Origin: a virus | Strand: one strand, 5' to 3' | Virus record (IMG/VR): IMGVR_UViG_3300045988_119023 | Location: 32,471-96,470 of that record | DNA: 64,000 nt | In this document: piece by piece, positions 1 through 8,517 of the stretch | Numbering within the stretch: position 1 is the first letter of the stretch | Layout of the letters: the number at the start of each line of letters is the position of its first letter | The notes under the pieces: generated by a model | Database searches by the model: none | What the model was told of the DNA's origin: nothing | What the model saw: the letters and a program-made list of their open reading frames with translations, nothing else | Translations under genes and position numbers: made by a program

Positions 1-20
1 ACATAGGAGACGATGGTAAT

Positions 21-3000
21 GTGAATATCTATCCTAATTACCCATATAATGACCTGTCACAAGATCAATATAATTATACGTCTGGCAAAAGAGACGAGTT
101 TATATCCCATCCTTTCGACAAAGGAGGAAACGTGTGGTATTCATTCTGTTCACCTGATATTTATTTCAACAAGCCAGAACTTCCAAATGAAGTATGTATA
201 GACGGGTTTCAAAGAGGAATGTCTGTGGGCAGTTTCGTACCTGTAGAAGATCATCCAAAATGGACTATCTTAGGTCCTGCCGCATACACGATGGCTGCGT
301 CGCTTGCCGCAGTTGAATCAAGTGCCACAATAGCAGCTATGATAGCAGAAGAGCTTCAGATAAGGGCGCAGTCTGGATACATAGGAGGGTCGGCCGGTCT
401 TACCGGAGGAGGATTCCTGACTAATTTAAGTGTGGCCATGCTGTTTTCTTCAATGGTGTCAACCATCAGTCAGACTCTTGCTAAAGGCCCGATATTGTAT
501 GGTAAGTACCGTTATGATTGGCTTAATACGTTTATAAACAATGGACCAAGACGTAATCATGCATGGTATTATACTTCTGTGGGATTATATAATTCAATGA
601 TAGGCATAACAGATCAGGATAAGTATGAACGAAATTTTGCCCGTGGTTTATCTTCTGTTAAGTACATTAAGTCTGGCGTATATCCGATGATGGATGCCAG
701 TATGTCTTCTAAATGGGGAACCGGTAGAAATGATAATGAGGGACGTTTCTTATTCGTTAATAATATAGATCGTGAATCTTCGTTATTTTTATCATTTGGT
801 GATCCAGGTGAAAAAGGAGATGGTAAATCGAAATATTTATTGGAATATCCGAACTATGTTTACAATTACGACAGTAGCCGCATAGATGATTCGGTTATTG
901 CTGGAAGTGATGTTGTAGCAGGAAGAACATTCGAGCAATCCAAAACAGTATCGTACATCTGTTCTCCGTATATGAGACTTATGCGATATAGGCCGGATCA
1001 ATATGGACAGATAGAAGATATAAAATGGATTTCCATAGGTGGATGTGGCTTTTTCACTAATGAAAAGAAACTGATGTTCGGTGGCGATACGGTAATAACA
1101 AGATTCTCATTAAAAAGAAAATTCCCTGTTTTTTATAATAGCGCTTTTGGTATTGGAGACATGATACCATTCCCATACATGGATTACAGAAATGTAGGGT
1201 ATCCAAGATATTTTGTTAATTATGATACTGGAGAAGACGCTCTTGAGACAATAGATAACGAACGTTTCAATAGCTGGACATCATCTAATAAAGGAAGATA
1301 CGCTTTTTATCCAAACAGGAAGAGCTTATACGAATTAAATGGTGACACATCCGGCAGGTACGTTAATGGAAGATTTTATACATGGTTCTATGGCATTCCT
1401 CAGTTCCTTGTAGAGTCTGAAATAAATTGTAATTTCAGATTAGAGGGCCCTCAGCCTCATGAATTATTCTATCCAAAAGTAGGAGATTTTGTTTGGTGGA
1501 CACAAGAAAAGAACGTATCTATCCATAGGGATAATGATTACAAGATAAGTCCTATCTATTCGTCGAGGATGACACTAACACCAAATGTATTGCCGGCAAC
1601 GTACGAACGACGTTTTTATGACTGTGCTTACCAACGTCCTAATGGTGTTATATGGAGTAGGGCTGATGTATCTGAAAACAGTCAAACAGATCCGTGGCTG
1701 ACGTACAAGCCTATGGACTATCATGAGTTCCCAACCAGCAACGGGAAGCTTATTCACATGAAGCGTATTGAATCCGATCAGATTCTTGTTAGATTCGAGG
1801 ATCAGGTTTCGCTCCATAACGCCATAGACGTAATCAAGGAGCGCACCTCCCCAGGGCAGGCCGAGATGGGCACCGGCGGTCTGTTCGCGTCCCGGCCTCT
1901 GGAGTACAACACGACCGACCTTGGCTATTCTGGAACCCAGAGTACTGAAATAATTAGTTCAGAATTTGGTCACTTCTGGGTGGATACTAAAAGAGCACAG
2001 GTGTTTATGACCGATCCAAATGGACGCAATCTTAAGGAACTTAGTGTAGGTATCAGACATTGGCTTAAGCGTCATCTTCCGTTTAAGATCCTTAGATACG
2101 GAATAACTAATATCTTAACTGGTACGGAGATGACAGAAGAAGATACGGATAATAAATTTATTGGTCTTGGTCTGTCTCTTGGATGGGATAACAGGTATAA
2201 GAGAATACTTATCACGAAAAAAGATTATATACCTGTTAAGAACCCGGCATATTATAAATATGATGGTGGTAGGTTTTTGTACAATGATACAGAGATATCA
2301 TTAAAGGATGAGCGATATTTCAAGGATGTGTCATTCACTATCGGATATTCTTGTTTGAAGCAAGAATGGATTTCTTATTATTCGTTTTGTCCCGATTATT
2401 ATATAGAACAGCAACAATATTTCCAGACAGGAATAAACTTCCCGGCATTAGACGAGGAAGGTGGCTTATGGAGTCATTTGTTGACGAATAAGAGCTTCCA
2501 GACATTCTACGGAACAACATACCCATTTATATTAGAAGTGCCGATAAAAGAGAAATATAATGGCTCTACGTTGGCTTCTGTAGAATACGAACTTGATGCA
2601 AGGAAATACGTCGATGATGTGAATTACACTCTTGACAGGAAAGTAGGTTTGGATACGATAACTATCTATAACGACACAAACAACTCAGGTGAAATTCATC
2701 TTGTCCCAGAAGAAAAGAATAATTTAGCACAACGTATATCGTATCCGAAGATCGTAGGCGACCATACCGAGGTCCTGGATACTGAGGTATATAGAAGACA
2801 TAAGTTAAATGACTTCTTCAACAGGGTTGACGATGACCGATCGGAGACCCCTATTTGGATCAAGGACGATAACGATATAAATAAGTCAGTTAATTCTGAT
2901 GCTCTTAATTTCAGACGGTCATGGCTTGACAGGTTAAGAGGAAGTTGGATGCTGATGAGGATAAAGAAAGTAATTAGCAACCGGAAAATCATATTCCAGT

Positions 3001-3035
3001 GGTTGATTTCTGAAGATAAGATTAGGAATAGATAA
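21..3035 (+). CDS. Large virion-associated protein (1004 aa), function unknown, possibly tail or receptor-binding. The frame is open to the window start, so it is likely 5'-partial or GTG-initiated at 21.
   Basis: Long uninterrupted ORF with no in-frame stop back to nt 3. Sits in a block of co-oriented giant genes and is followed by a hairpin terminator. Confidence 0.5.
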   Translation: MNIYPNYPYNDLSQDQYNYTSGKRDEFISHPFDKGGNVWYSFCSPDIYFNKPELPNEVCIDGFQRGMSVGSFVPVEDHPKWTILGPAAYTMAASLAAVESSATIAAMIAEELQIRAQSGYIGGSAGLTGGGFLTNLSVAMLFSSMVSTISQTLAKGPILYGKYRYDWLNTFINNGPRRNHAWYYTSVGLYNSMIGITDQDKYERNFARGLSSVKYIKSGVYPMMDASMSSKWGTGRNDNEGRFLFVNNIDRESSLFLSFGDPGEKGDGKSKYLLEYPNYVYNYDSSRIDDSVIAGSDVVAGRTFEQSKTVSYICSPYMRLMRYRPDQYGQIEDIKWISIGGCGFFTNEKKLMFGGDTVITRFSLKRKFPVFYNSAFGIGDMIPFPYMDYRNVGYPRYFVNYDTGEDALETIDNERFNSWTSSNKGRYAFYPNRKSLYELNGDTSGRYVNGRFYTWFYGIPQFLVESEINCNFRLEGPQPHELFYPKVGDFVWWTQEKNVSIHRDNDYKISPIYSSRMTLTPNVLPATYERRFYDCAYQRPNGVIWSRADVSENSQTDPWLTYKPMDYHEFPTSNGKLIHMKRIESDQILVRFEDQVSLHNAIDVIKERTSPGQAEMGTGGLFASRPLEYNTTDLGYSGTQSTEIISSEFGHFWVDTKRAQVFMTDPNGRNLKELSVGIRHWLKRHLPFKILRYGITNILTGTEMTEEDTDNKFIGLGLSLGWDNRYKRILITKKDYIPVKNPAYYKYDGGRFLYNDTEISLKDERYFKDVSFTIGYSCLKQEWISYYSFCPDYYIEQQQYFQTGINFPALDEEGGLWSHLLTNKSFQTFYGTTYPFILEVPIKEKYNGSTLASVEYELDARKYVDDVNYTLDRKVGLDTITIYNDTNNSGEIHLVPEEKNNLAQRISYPKIVGDHTEVLDTEVYRRHKLNDFFNRVDDDRSETPIWIKDDNDINKSVNSDALNFRRSWLDRLRGSWMLMRIKKVISNRKIIFQWLISEDKIRNR

Positions 3036-3106
3036 ATTACAATATTTAATAAGTTGAAAATAAGTAGTTTTTATTTTGTGATTTAATAATAGTTGAATAT
3101 ATTTGT

Positions 3107-3141
3107 AGCGCCTATCGATCCATCGCGGACAGATAGGCGCT
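3107..3141 (+). terminator. Rho-independent terminator candidate.
   Basis: 9-bp perfect stem AGCGCCTAT/ATAGGCGCT with a 16-nt loop, followed by TATTTATT. Confidence 0.5.
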
Positions 3142-3171
3142 TATTTATTAACAATAAAACGATGTAAAATT

Positions 3172-3924
3172 ATGAAAAGTAACGTATTATTACAATCAGA
3201 AAGCAGAGAATTGTTAGGTAGAAACATTTCTGTTATGTCAAAAGATGGTTTTGTGTGCATAACAGAGGTTATGGATGTATTGTCACAGAAAAGAGCGGCT
3301 ATGGGGTTGGAGCCTAAAAGACTCGACCATTTAATGTCTACGTCGTCTTTTCAAGAGAAAATGAATGCATTAATTAAAGAATTGAATATCAATGAATTGA
3401 CTTGTACTGTACGATATCGTACACTCAAAGATAATTCATTGAATATAAACAAATTAACTGATTTGAAGAAATACGGAATGGCATACAGGAGAGGAAAAGG
3501 GAAAGATCAAAAATGGTTTGTTAATCCGTATTTTTTCGTTATGATAGCCTTAGAGTTAGATCCTGAAATATATGCTAAGGTTATATTATGGCTTACCGAT
3601 AATTTTATAGAAAATAGAAATATAGCTGGTGAAGCTTACATTAAGATGTGCAAATCTGTTTCCTCTTTAATAAAAAACAAAAGCGAATTATCTGATAAGA
3701 TAAAAATAGTAGCCAAAGCCATAAATTTTATTGTTTTTAATAAACATGAAGATGGGATTAGAAATTTTGCAACGAAGAATGAGTTAAATGAAATAATATC
3801 AATAGAGAATGCAGTTGGAGCTATAATCGATGGAGGGTTTGTTCATTCATTCGAGGAATTAAGAATGTATTTAGGTAAAGAGTGGAAAAAGAGATGGGGT
3901 AATCCAATTATGGCTCTAAAATAA
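3172..3924 (+). CDS. KilA-N domain DNA-binding protein (antirepressor-like). Paralog of the - strand gene at 46831..47568.
   Basis: Contains a KilA-N-like C-terminal motif, KWFVNPYFFVMIALELDPEIYAKVILWL. Compare GTWVHPDLAxxxAxWLSPEF in KilA-N/APSES. Clear similarity to the second copy in this window. Confidence 0.55.
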   Translation: MKSNVLLQSESRELLGRNISVMSKDGFVCITEVMDVLSQKRAAMGLEPKRLDHLMSTSSFQEKMNALIKELNINELTCTVRYRTLKDNSLNINKLTDLKKYGMAYRRGKGKDQKWFVNPYFFVMIALELDPEIYAKVILWLTDNFIENRNIAGEAYIKMCKSVSSLIKNKSELSDKIKIVAKAINFIVFNKHEDGIRNFATKNELNEIISIENAVGAIIDGGFVHSFEELRMYLGKEWKKRWGNPIMALK

Positions 3925-3968
3925 TTTCGCTTCAATTGTAGTTTTCATTGTAACAATTTTAATAGCGT

Positions 3969-4006
3969 AGCCGAGGAAGTACGTGAGTATATCTTCGGCT
4001 TTTTTT
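3969..4006 (+). terminator. Rho-independent terminator candidate.
   Basis: Stem AGCCGAGG/CTTCGGCT followed by TTTTTTGTTT. Confidence 0.5.
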
Positions 4007-4034
4007 GTTTATCTTTGCTGGAAAACAGATTATT

Positions 4035-4448
4035 ATGAAACAGGTATCGTATAAAAATGATATATACCCATACAACATAAGGGTATTGCTTGGAGCAGAT
4101 GAAGAGTATATAGTAAAGACATTTGCCAACTTAGAAGTAGAAGATCAGAGCTGGGATGGATGGACTGATGATTATGGTGGCAGAACTATTTTTGTAGGAA
4201 ACCGAACCAATCACAGGAAAGAAATATGTTTCTTGTTTCATTCGCTGTCTGACATGGATGTAAAAACCATAGGACATGAATGCCTTCACGGTCTTTCTAT
4301 TTATTGTAAGTATCTTAATATGGATTACAGTTTTGAAGCCGGAGGAGATGAGCATGCCGCTTTCCTGATGGGATGGTTAGTTGATAAGGTTTGTGATGCT
4401 TACCATAAGTTTAAGAAGGAGGAGGAAAAAGATGACAAAGAAGAATAA
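4035..4448 (+). CDS. Small protein with an HExxH motif (putative zinc metallopeptidase-like). The track start at 4005 is probably too early.
   Basis: HECLH motif in TIGHECLHGLSIY with a downstream DEH. A TAtcTTTG promoter-like element lies at 4008-4015. The gene sits immediately upstream of the lysin gene and overlaps it. Confidence 0.4.
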   Translation: MKQVSYKNDIYPYNIRVLLGADEEYIVKTFANLEVEDQSWDGWTDDYGGRTIFVGNRTNHRKEICFLFHSLSDMDVKTIGHECLHGLSIYCKYLNMDYSFEAGGDEHAAFLMGWLVDKVCDAYHKFKKEEEKDDKEE

Positions 4449-6687
4449 ATCAGATTGGAAGCCCTCAGAAAATATCCTAAAATATTTGAAATCGTGGGAA
4501 AAGTTCGAGCCTGAATTATATGACGACAAGAAGGGAAATATAACAATCGGGTACGGATTTCATCTTCCTCATCTTCTTAAAAAATACAAGAATGGTATAA
4601 CAGTAGAAGAGGCCGATAAGGAATTTGAAGGTGTAGTTAATACGTTTGTTCCGGAATTTATACGAAGAACTCCTAATTTCAAAAATCTAAACAATAATCA
4701 GCGAGATGCTTTGTTTAGTTTGTTTTACAACACAGGAGGATCAGAGTATTCTAAAAGCCCAATGCTTTTCAAATACCTTAAAGAAGGTGATTATGATAAG
4801 GCAGTGAAAGAAATAAACCACAATGAAAACGAGAAAGGTATGGGCGGTCAGAAGAAGCGCCGTGCCTTCGAGCGCCGGGTGTTCTCTACGCCAACAGACC
4901 AGCCTTGGACGGTAGACGACGACAGTAATTATGTCTTGGTTGAAGACAAGCCTGTAGAGGACGAATCTATAGAAAAAGATACTAATGATTCAAAGTATGA
5001 AGACGCTCGCCATGTGGAAGCTAAATATGGTTATACAGGTTATGTAGGTAGAGGATATGACGGAAATAAGGTCAGGGTATCTGATTCGAATATGAAATCA
5101 GTTGGTATCTCCAATAACGCTGATCCTAATAAGTGGTATGAATCCGTTAATCCAATATTAGACACTGATCCTATTAGTTTAATGGTCGATTTTATTCCTA
5201 CTGTGAAACGAATGTTGGATCCTAACAGGGAGAGATCAGGGGAAGATACAGCCACAGATTTTGAAGAGAAAATGTGGAAGGCTTACACGGATGGAGATAT
5301 AAGTAGATTACCGGCAAGCAAGTATCGTTTTGATGACGATGATGATGATGCTCAGTATGTAGGATTGCCTCAAGAACAAGCTATTTTGATACAATCTTTA
5401 TTAGATAAAGAGTATATGAACAACATGCTTGACAAAGCATATAAGGATGCTGATGAAAAAAGTAAACGAAAAATAAGAGATTACAAGAAGGTCCTTAATA
5501 AACTAAATAAAAATATATTTGAAAATCCAGGAAAATGGATTTTAGTAAATGAAGGTGTAAGTCCGTTTAGAGAAGAAGTATATGGTGACAATTTTGAAAA
5601 AGTAAACGAAGCTTCAGGATTAGGTGCGTTGAAGAATTTCAGCGTAAGATGGGATCCGGATGCTGGTATGTTGGATGTGAAGGATGATTATGATTTTAGC
5701 CGAAAGAAGATAGCAGAAGACATCATACCGGAAAGGGATGTCCCTCTTAGAATAAGGGAACGTATCAAATACGATCCTAAGAAAGGTAGTGTGCTTCGAA
5801 ATAATGACAAGGCTTTACCTAAAAGGTTTGTAAGGAAATACGAAGAAGGTGGCGTAGTTGGCAAGCAGCGTGAAGCATATGAATACTTTACTAATAAGCG
5901 TGGCATGTCCAAGATACAGGCGCTCGCCATCATAGGTAACCTCATGGCTGAATCCGGCCTTAAAGATGACATATACGGAGACAACAGAACATCATACGGC
6001 ATACAGCAATGGCATAATGAGCGCATGGATAAGTTGTTCAAGCACGCCAAAAAGAAAGGTCATTCTACACCAACATTCAAAGACCAACTTGAGTTCTTGG
6101 CTGACGAATACGAAGGGAAAACCGGATATTCTAATTTCTTATACACAAGAAAAGGAAAAGAAGGACCAGGGTATTACAACTACAGCCGGCAGGATTTTAT
6201 GAACGCCGATAACCTTAAGGATGCTGTAGTAGCTTGGAACCAAGGAGCAGGACGTCCTCATAAGAGTGTTATAAGAAATGATGACCGTTATGACTATGCT
6301 ATGGAAGTTGCTAAAAATCTTGGTTTGGAAATTGAAGAAAATTCCGTATCTTTGTATGGTCAAATGGGATTCGGAGATGATGGAGAAATAGCAGCATCGG
6401 TAACACTTCCAGAGGTAGAAGTGGCAGCCGCCCTCCCTTACCCGGAAGCCCAGTCCCAGGAGAGACAGTCCGAGGAAGAGAGATTCCGTACATGGACTGA
6501 AACGTATGGTAAAGACATCGTAAATCATTTACTGACGTTAGACGGGAAAAAGGATGGTGATGACAGTGATTACAGCATGATGTATAGACAGCATGAAAAA
6601 GAAAGCGAAGAGGATAAGAAAATGGCTTTGATTAATGCCGTGCTTCCCAATATTCAGCTTCGCATTAAAGGCGTCACTGATAATTAG
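4432..6687 (+). CDS. Virion-associated peptidoglycan hydrolase with two lytic domains: an N-terminal GH24 T4/lambda-type lysozyme and a central phage tail-lysozyme-like domain.
   Basis: Domain 1: SWEKFEPELYDDKKGNITIGYGFHL matches the E...D...T catalytic pattern of T4 lysozyme. Domain 2: GNLMAESGLKDDIYGDNRTSYGIQQWHNERMDKLFKHAKKKG resembles the phage tail lysozyme family (GNxxxESGxxxxxxGDxGxSxGxxQW). A strong AAGGAGGAGG sits before the ATG at 4432. Confidence 0.75.
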   Translation: MTKKNKSDWKPSENILKYLKSWEKFEPELYDDKKGNITIGYGFHLPHLLKKYKNGITVEEADKEFEGVVNTFVPEFIRRTPNFKNLNNNQRDALFSLFYNTGGSEYSKSPMLFKYLKEGDYDKAVKEINHNENEKGMGGQKKRRAFERRVFSTPTDQPWTVDDDSNYVLVEDKPVEDESIEKDTNDSKYEDARHVEAKYGYTGYVGRGYDGNKVRVSDSNMKSVGISNNADPNKWYESVNPILDTDPISLMVDFIPTVKRMLDPNRERSGEDTATDFEEKMWKAYTDGDISRLPASKYRFDDDDDDAQYVGLPQEQAILIQSLLDKEYMNNMLDKAYKDADEKSKRKIRDYKKVLNKLNKNIFENPGKWILVNEGVSPFREEVYGDNFEKVNEASGLGALKNFSVRWDPDAGMLDVKDDYDFSRKKIAEDIIPERDVPLRIRERIKYDPKKGSVLRNNDKALPKRFVRKYEEGGVVGKQREAYEYFTNKRGMSKIQALAIIGNLMAESGLKDDIYGDNRTSYGIQQWHNERMDKLFKHAKKKGHSTPTFKDQLEFLADEYEGKTGYSNFLYTRKGKEGPGYYNYSRQDFMNADNLKDAVVAWNQGAGRPHKSVIRNDDRYDYAMEVAKNLGLEIEENSVSLYGQMGFGDDGEIAASVTLPEVEVAAALPYPEAQSQERQSEEERFRTWTETYGKDIVNHLLTLDGKKDGDDSDYSMMYRQHEKESEEDKKMALINAVLPNIQLRIKGVTDN

Positions 6688-6721
6688 AACAATTATTTTA
6701 TTTCTCATATTAATAAAGCGA

Positions 6722-6792
6722 AGCCGGATTTGAGACTCGTTATGCGGATACCGAAGGTTGAAGAACGATATCGAAATAATCCGGCTTTTTTG
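6722..6792 (+). terminator. Structured terminator candidate with a long-range stem.
   Basis: AGCCGGATT ... AATCCGGCT, 9 bp perfect with a 47-nt spacer, followed by TTTTTTG. Confidence 0.4.
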
Positions 6793-6947
6793 TGCGATTT
6801 CGTGAGGGATGGAACTATCATCGCCTTGGTTGGACGGAACAGACCTACGTACTTTCACTGTCCTGACAGGCATGGGCGCCCGTCTCGCCTACTCCCTGCC
6901 TAATTCTCCACTGGCTACCTAATATAACTATTAACGTCACTCCATCA

Positions 6948-7119
6948 CCTATCTCCCTTCAGTCGATAGGTTCAGTCGTTTTTAAATATTATAAGTTCTT
7001 TCGCATCGTTCCCTTCGGTCACGATACTCAATCTTTTAACACAATTAGGCGAACAATACAATGACGGAAAAAGTAATTTGTCAATCCGTTCACTCACTTA
7101 ACTCCCTTCGGTCGTTAAG
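6948..7119 (+). repeat. Three related stem-loops with an identical 11-nt loop, TCCCTTC(A/G)GTC, and covarying stems.
   Basis: Hairpins at 6948-6970 (CCTATC/GATAGG), 7005-7025 (ATCGT/ACGAT) and 7097-7119 (CTTAAC/GTTAAG). The flanks are also similar (GTCACTCC / GTTCACTCAC). They lie in a 650-nt non-coding gap. Confidence 0.6.
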
Positions 7120-7402
7120 TTCATTCACTGTAAACAATTATATGAATAAATGGTAAAGTATATAAAATAATATAAATGATATAATGGGTAAGATCATTGA
7201 AAATGGTCTTAATATTAAGGAAAACGGAGACTATTCATAGGCGTAGTTTTAATTCAAGATTTGTTGTCCCACCTCTGAAGGTCAGGCGGTTACGTTCAGA
7301 ACCGTTTTCCCGTCTCTTATCCAAACCGTCATAAAACAAAAAACCTTGTATCCTATTTCTCTCAAACCGGATACAAGGCCGTGCATTTTCTTATTTGAAC
7401 AT

Positions 7403-8464
7403 ATGATGAAAAATCATATCTTTGCACTAAAAAAAACCATTAATATGGACACAAAGTTAAAAGAAATAATAGATCCTCACAAGTTACACGACAAGCTCTT
7501 TAAGAAAGAGCAAGTCTCTCCGATAGAAGTTATCTACAATAGTTTCAGTAATTTAGGGTACAATGTGGTACGCCGCCCAGCTGGTCAATGTTTAGGAAAT
7601 TTGAGATATTTTAACCTGTTTTACGATAAGAATACTCATCATTTTTATCAGAAGGATAAGAAGTTGAGATATTGTAGTAATTTTCTGATATCCGATTATT
7701 GGAAAGATAGGGTGAGGTGTTTTATAGTTTGGAATTTTGGTTTTGGGAGATTCTTCCCGTACAATGACTTCATAGAGGCTATGGTCTATGACTATCTCCG
7801 ATATGGGAGGAAGTCAGTTCCTTATCTTAAGAGTGTGCAAGAAGCTGAAGAAAAGTGTGTAAGGTTCTACATTAGATCTCAAATAGATATGCTTCGTAAG
7901 GAAGGATATGCTGCATACCGGGCTAAGTTCAAGGAAGAATGTCCTCAGTATTTTATCGGAGACGATAGGACGGTGTTCAGATGTCTTGACAGCTCTTTAA
8001 AAAGAGAAGAGAAGATTGCCGCATGCGTAGCTCACAAAAGAGCTTTAAAAGAGGTGGTTATAACTTCTTTTATTAACCATCTCAAGAAACATCCTACCAC
8101 TTTATATTCGTGGTTTTCATCAGAGGTAGATAGCGAAGGAAAGAATAGGCTCTGTCTATCTGAAAAGGCTGTTTCGTATTTGAATAAGAGACTGGTTCGC
8201 AATGGGTTAAAGTCTCTTTCTGCATCATATCTTTTTAGAACGTTTAGAAAAATGGTGAAGATCTTGTTCGGTTCCAATGTCAGGTCGTTTTTGAATAGCT
8301 GTCTGATGTCTGTTTCAACAGAAGAGGTTTTAACCAAATCTATGAAGAAAATAGTTTCCAAGACAGTGCTGTTTTTGTACAAGAGAGCGCTTAAGGACTA
8401 TCGCTGGGCATGCGGTCTTAAGTACGACCCTGATTCGGGTGGTTTGTCTGCCGTACATGATTGA
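7403..8464 (+). CDS. Hypothetical basic, aromatic-rich protein. The TTG start at 7346 in the track is unlikely because it lies inside a 10-bp hairpin.
   Basis: Long ORF. Start proposed at the ATG at 7403 (MMKNHIF), after the hairpin CCTTGTATCC/GGATACAAGG at 7344-7378. Confidence 0.5.
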   Translation: MMKNHIFALKKTINMDTKLKEIIDPHKLHDKLFKKEQVSPIEVIYNSFSNLGYNVVRRPAGQCLGNLRYFNLFYDKNTHHFYQKDKKLRYCSNFLISDYWKDRVRCFIVWNFGFGRFFPYNDFIEAMVYDYLRYGRKSVPYLKSVQEAEEKCVRFYIRSQIDMLRKEGYAAYRAKFKEECPQYFIGDDRTVFRCLDSSLKREEKIAACVAHKRALKEVVITSFINHLKKHPTTLYSWFSSEVDSEGKNRLCLSEKAVSYLNKRLVRNGLKSLSASYLFRTFRKMVKILFGSNVRSFLNSCLMSVSTEEVLTKSMKKIVSKTVLFLYKRALKDYRWACGLKYDPDSGGLSAVHD

Positions 8465-8517
8465 TTTTTAAACGTATCCCATAACGTTGGATTTTCTCGT
8501 TCGTTTCTCTTATCTTT

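Noticed and set aside
1575-1817. Numerous antisense or embedded ORFs in the supplied track. Examples: 1575-1817, 2338-2526, 2696-2992, 5688-6050, 6139-6528, 8539-8847, 10489-11052, 25670-26389, 26379-27035, 27628-28182, 52055-52489, 56475-56942.
   Set aside because: They lie entirely inside much longer opposite-strand or same-strand genes of coherent modules, or sit in low-complexity regions. They are most likely chance ORFs in AT-rich sequence.
1801-1925. Short GC-rich islands (60-120 nt) inside otherwise AT-rich genes. Examples: 1801-1925, 4850-4925, 10675-10760, 18515-18595, 19318-19385, 35775-35835, 56000-56060. Considered as DGR variable regions, inserted elements or embedded RNAs.
   Set aside because: They encode Gly/Ala/Pro/Arg-rich peptide patches in frame. 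I see no mutual sequence similarity, no adenine-specific mismatch pairs, and no reverse transcriptase in the window. Compositional explanation preferred. A DGR cannot be excluded without the rest of the genome.
7346-7402. TTG start for the 372-aa ORF at 7346.
   Set aside because: The first codons fall inside a perfect 10-bp hairpin (7344-7378) in an otherwise non-coding gap. ATG 7403 (MMKNHIF) is a more plausible start.
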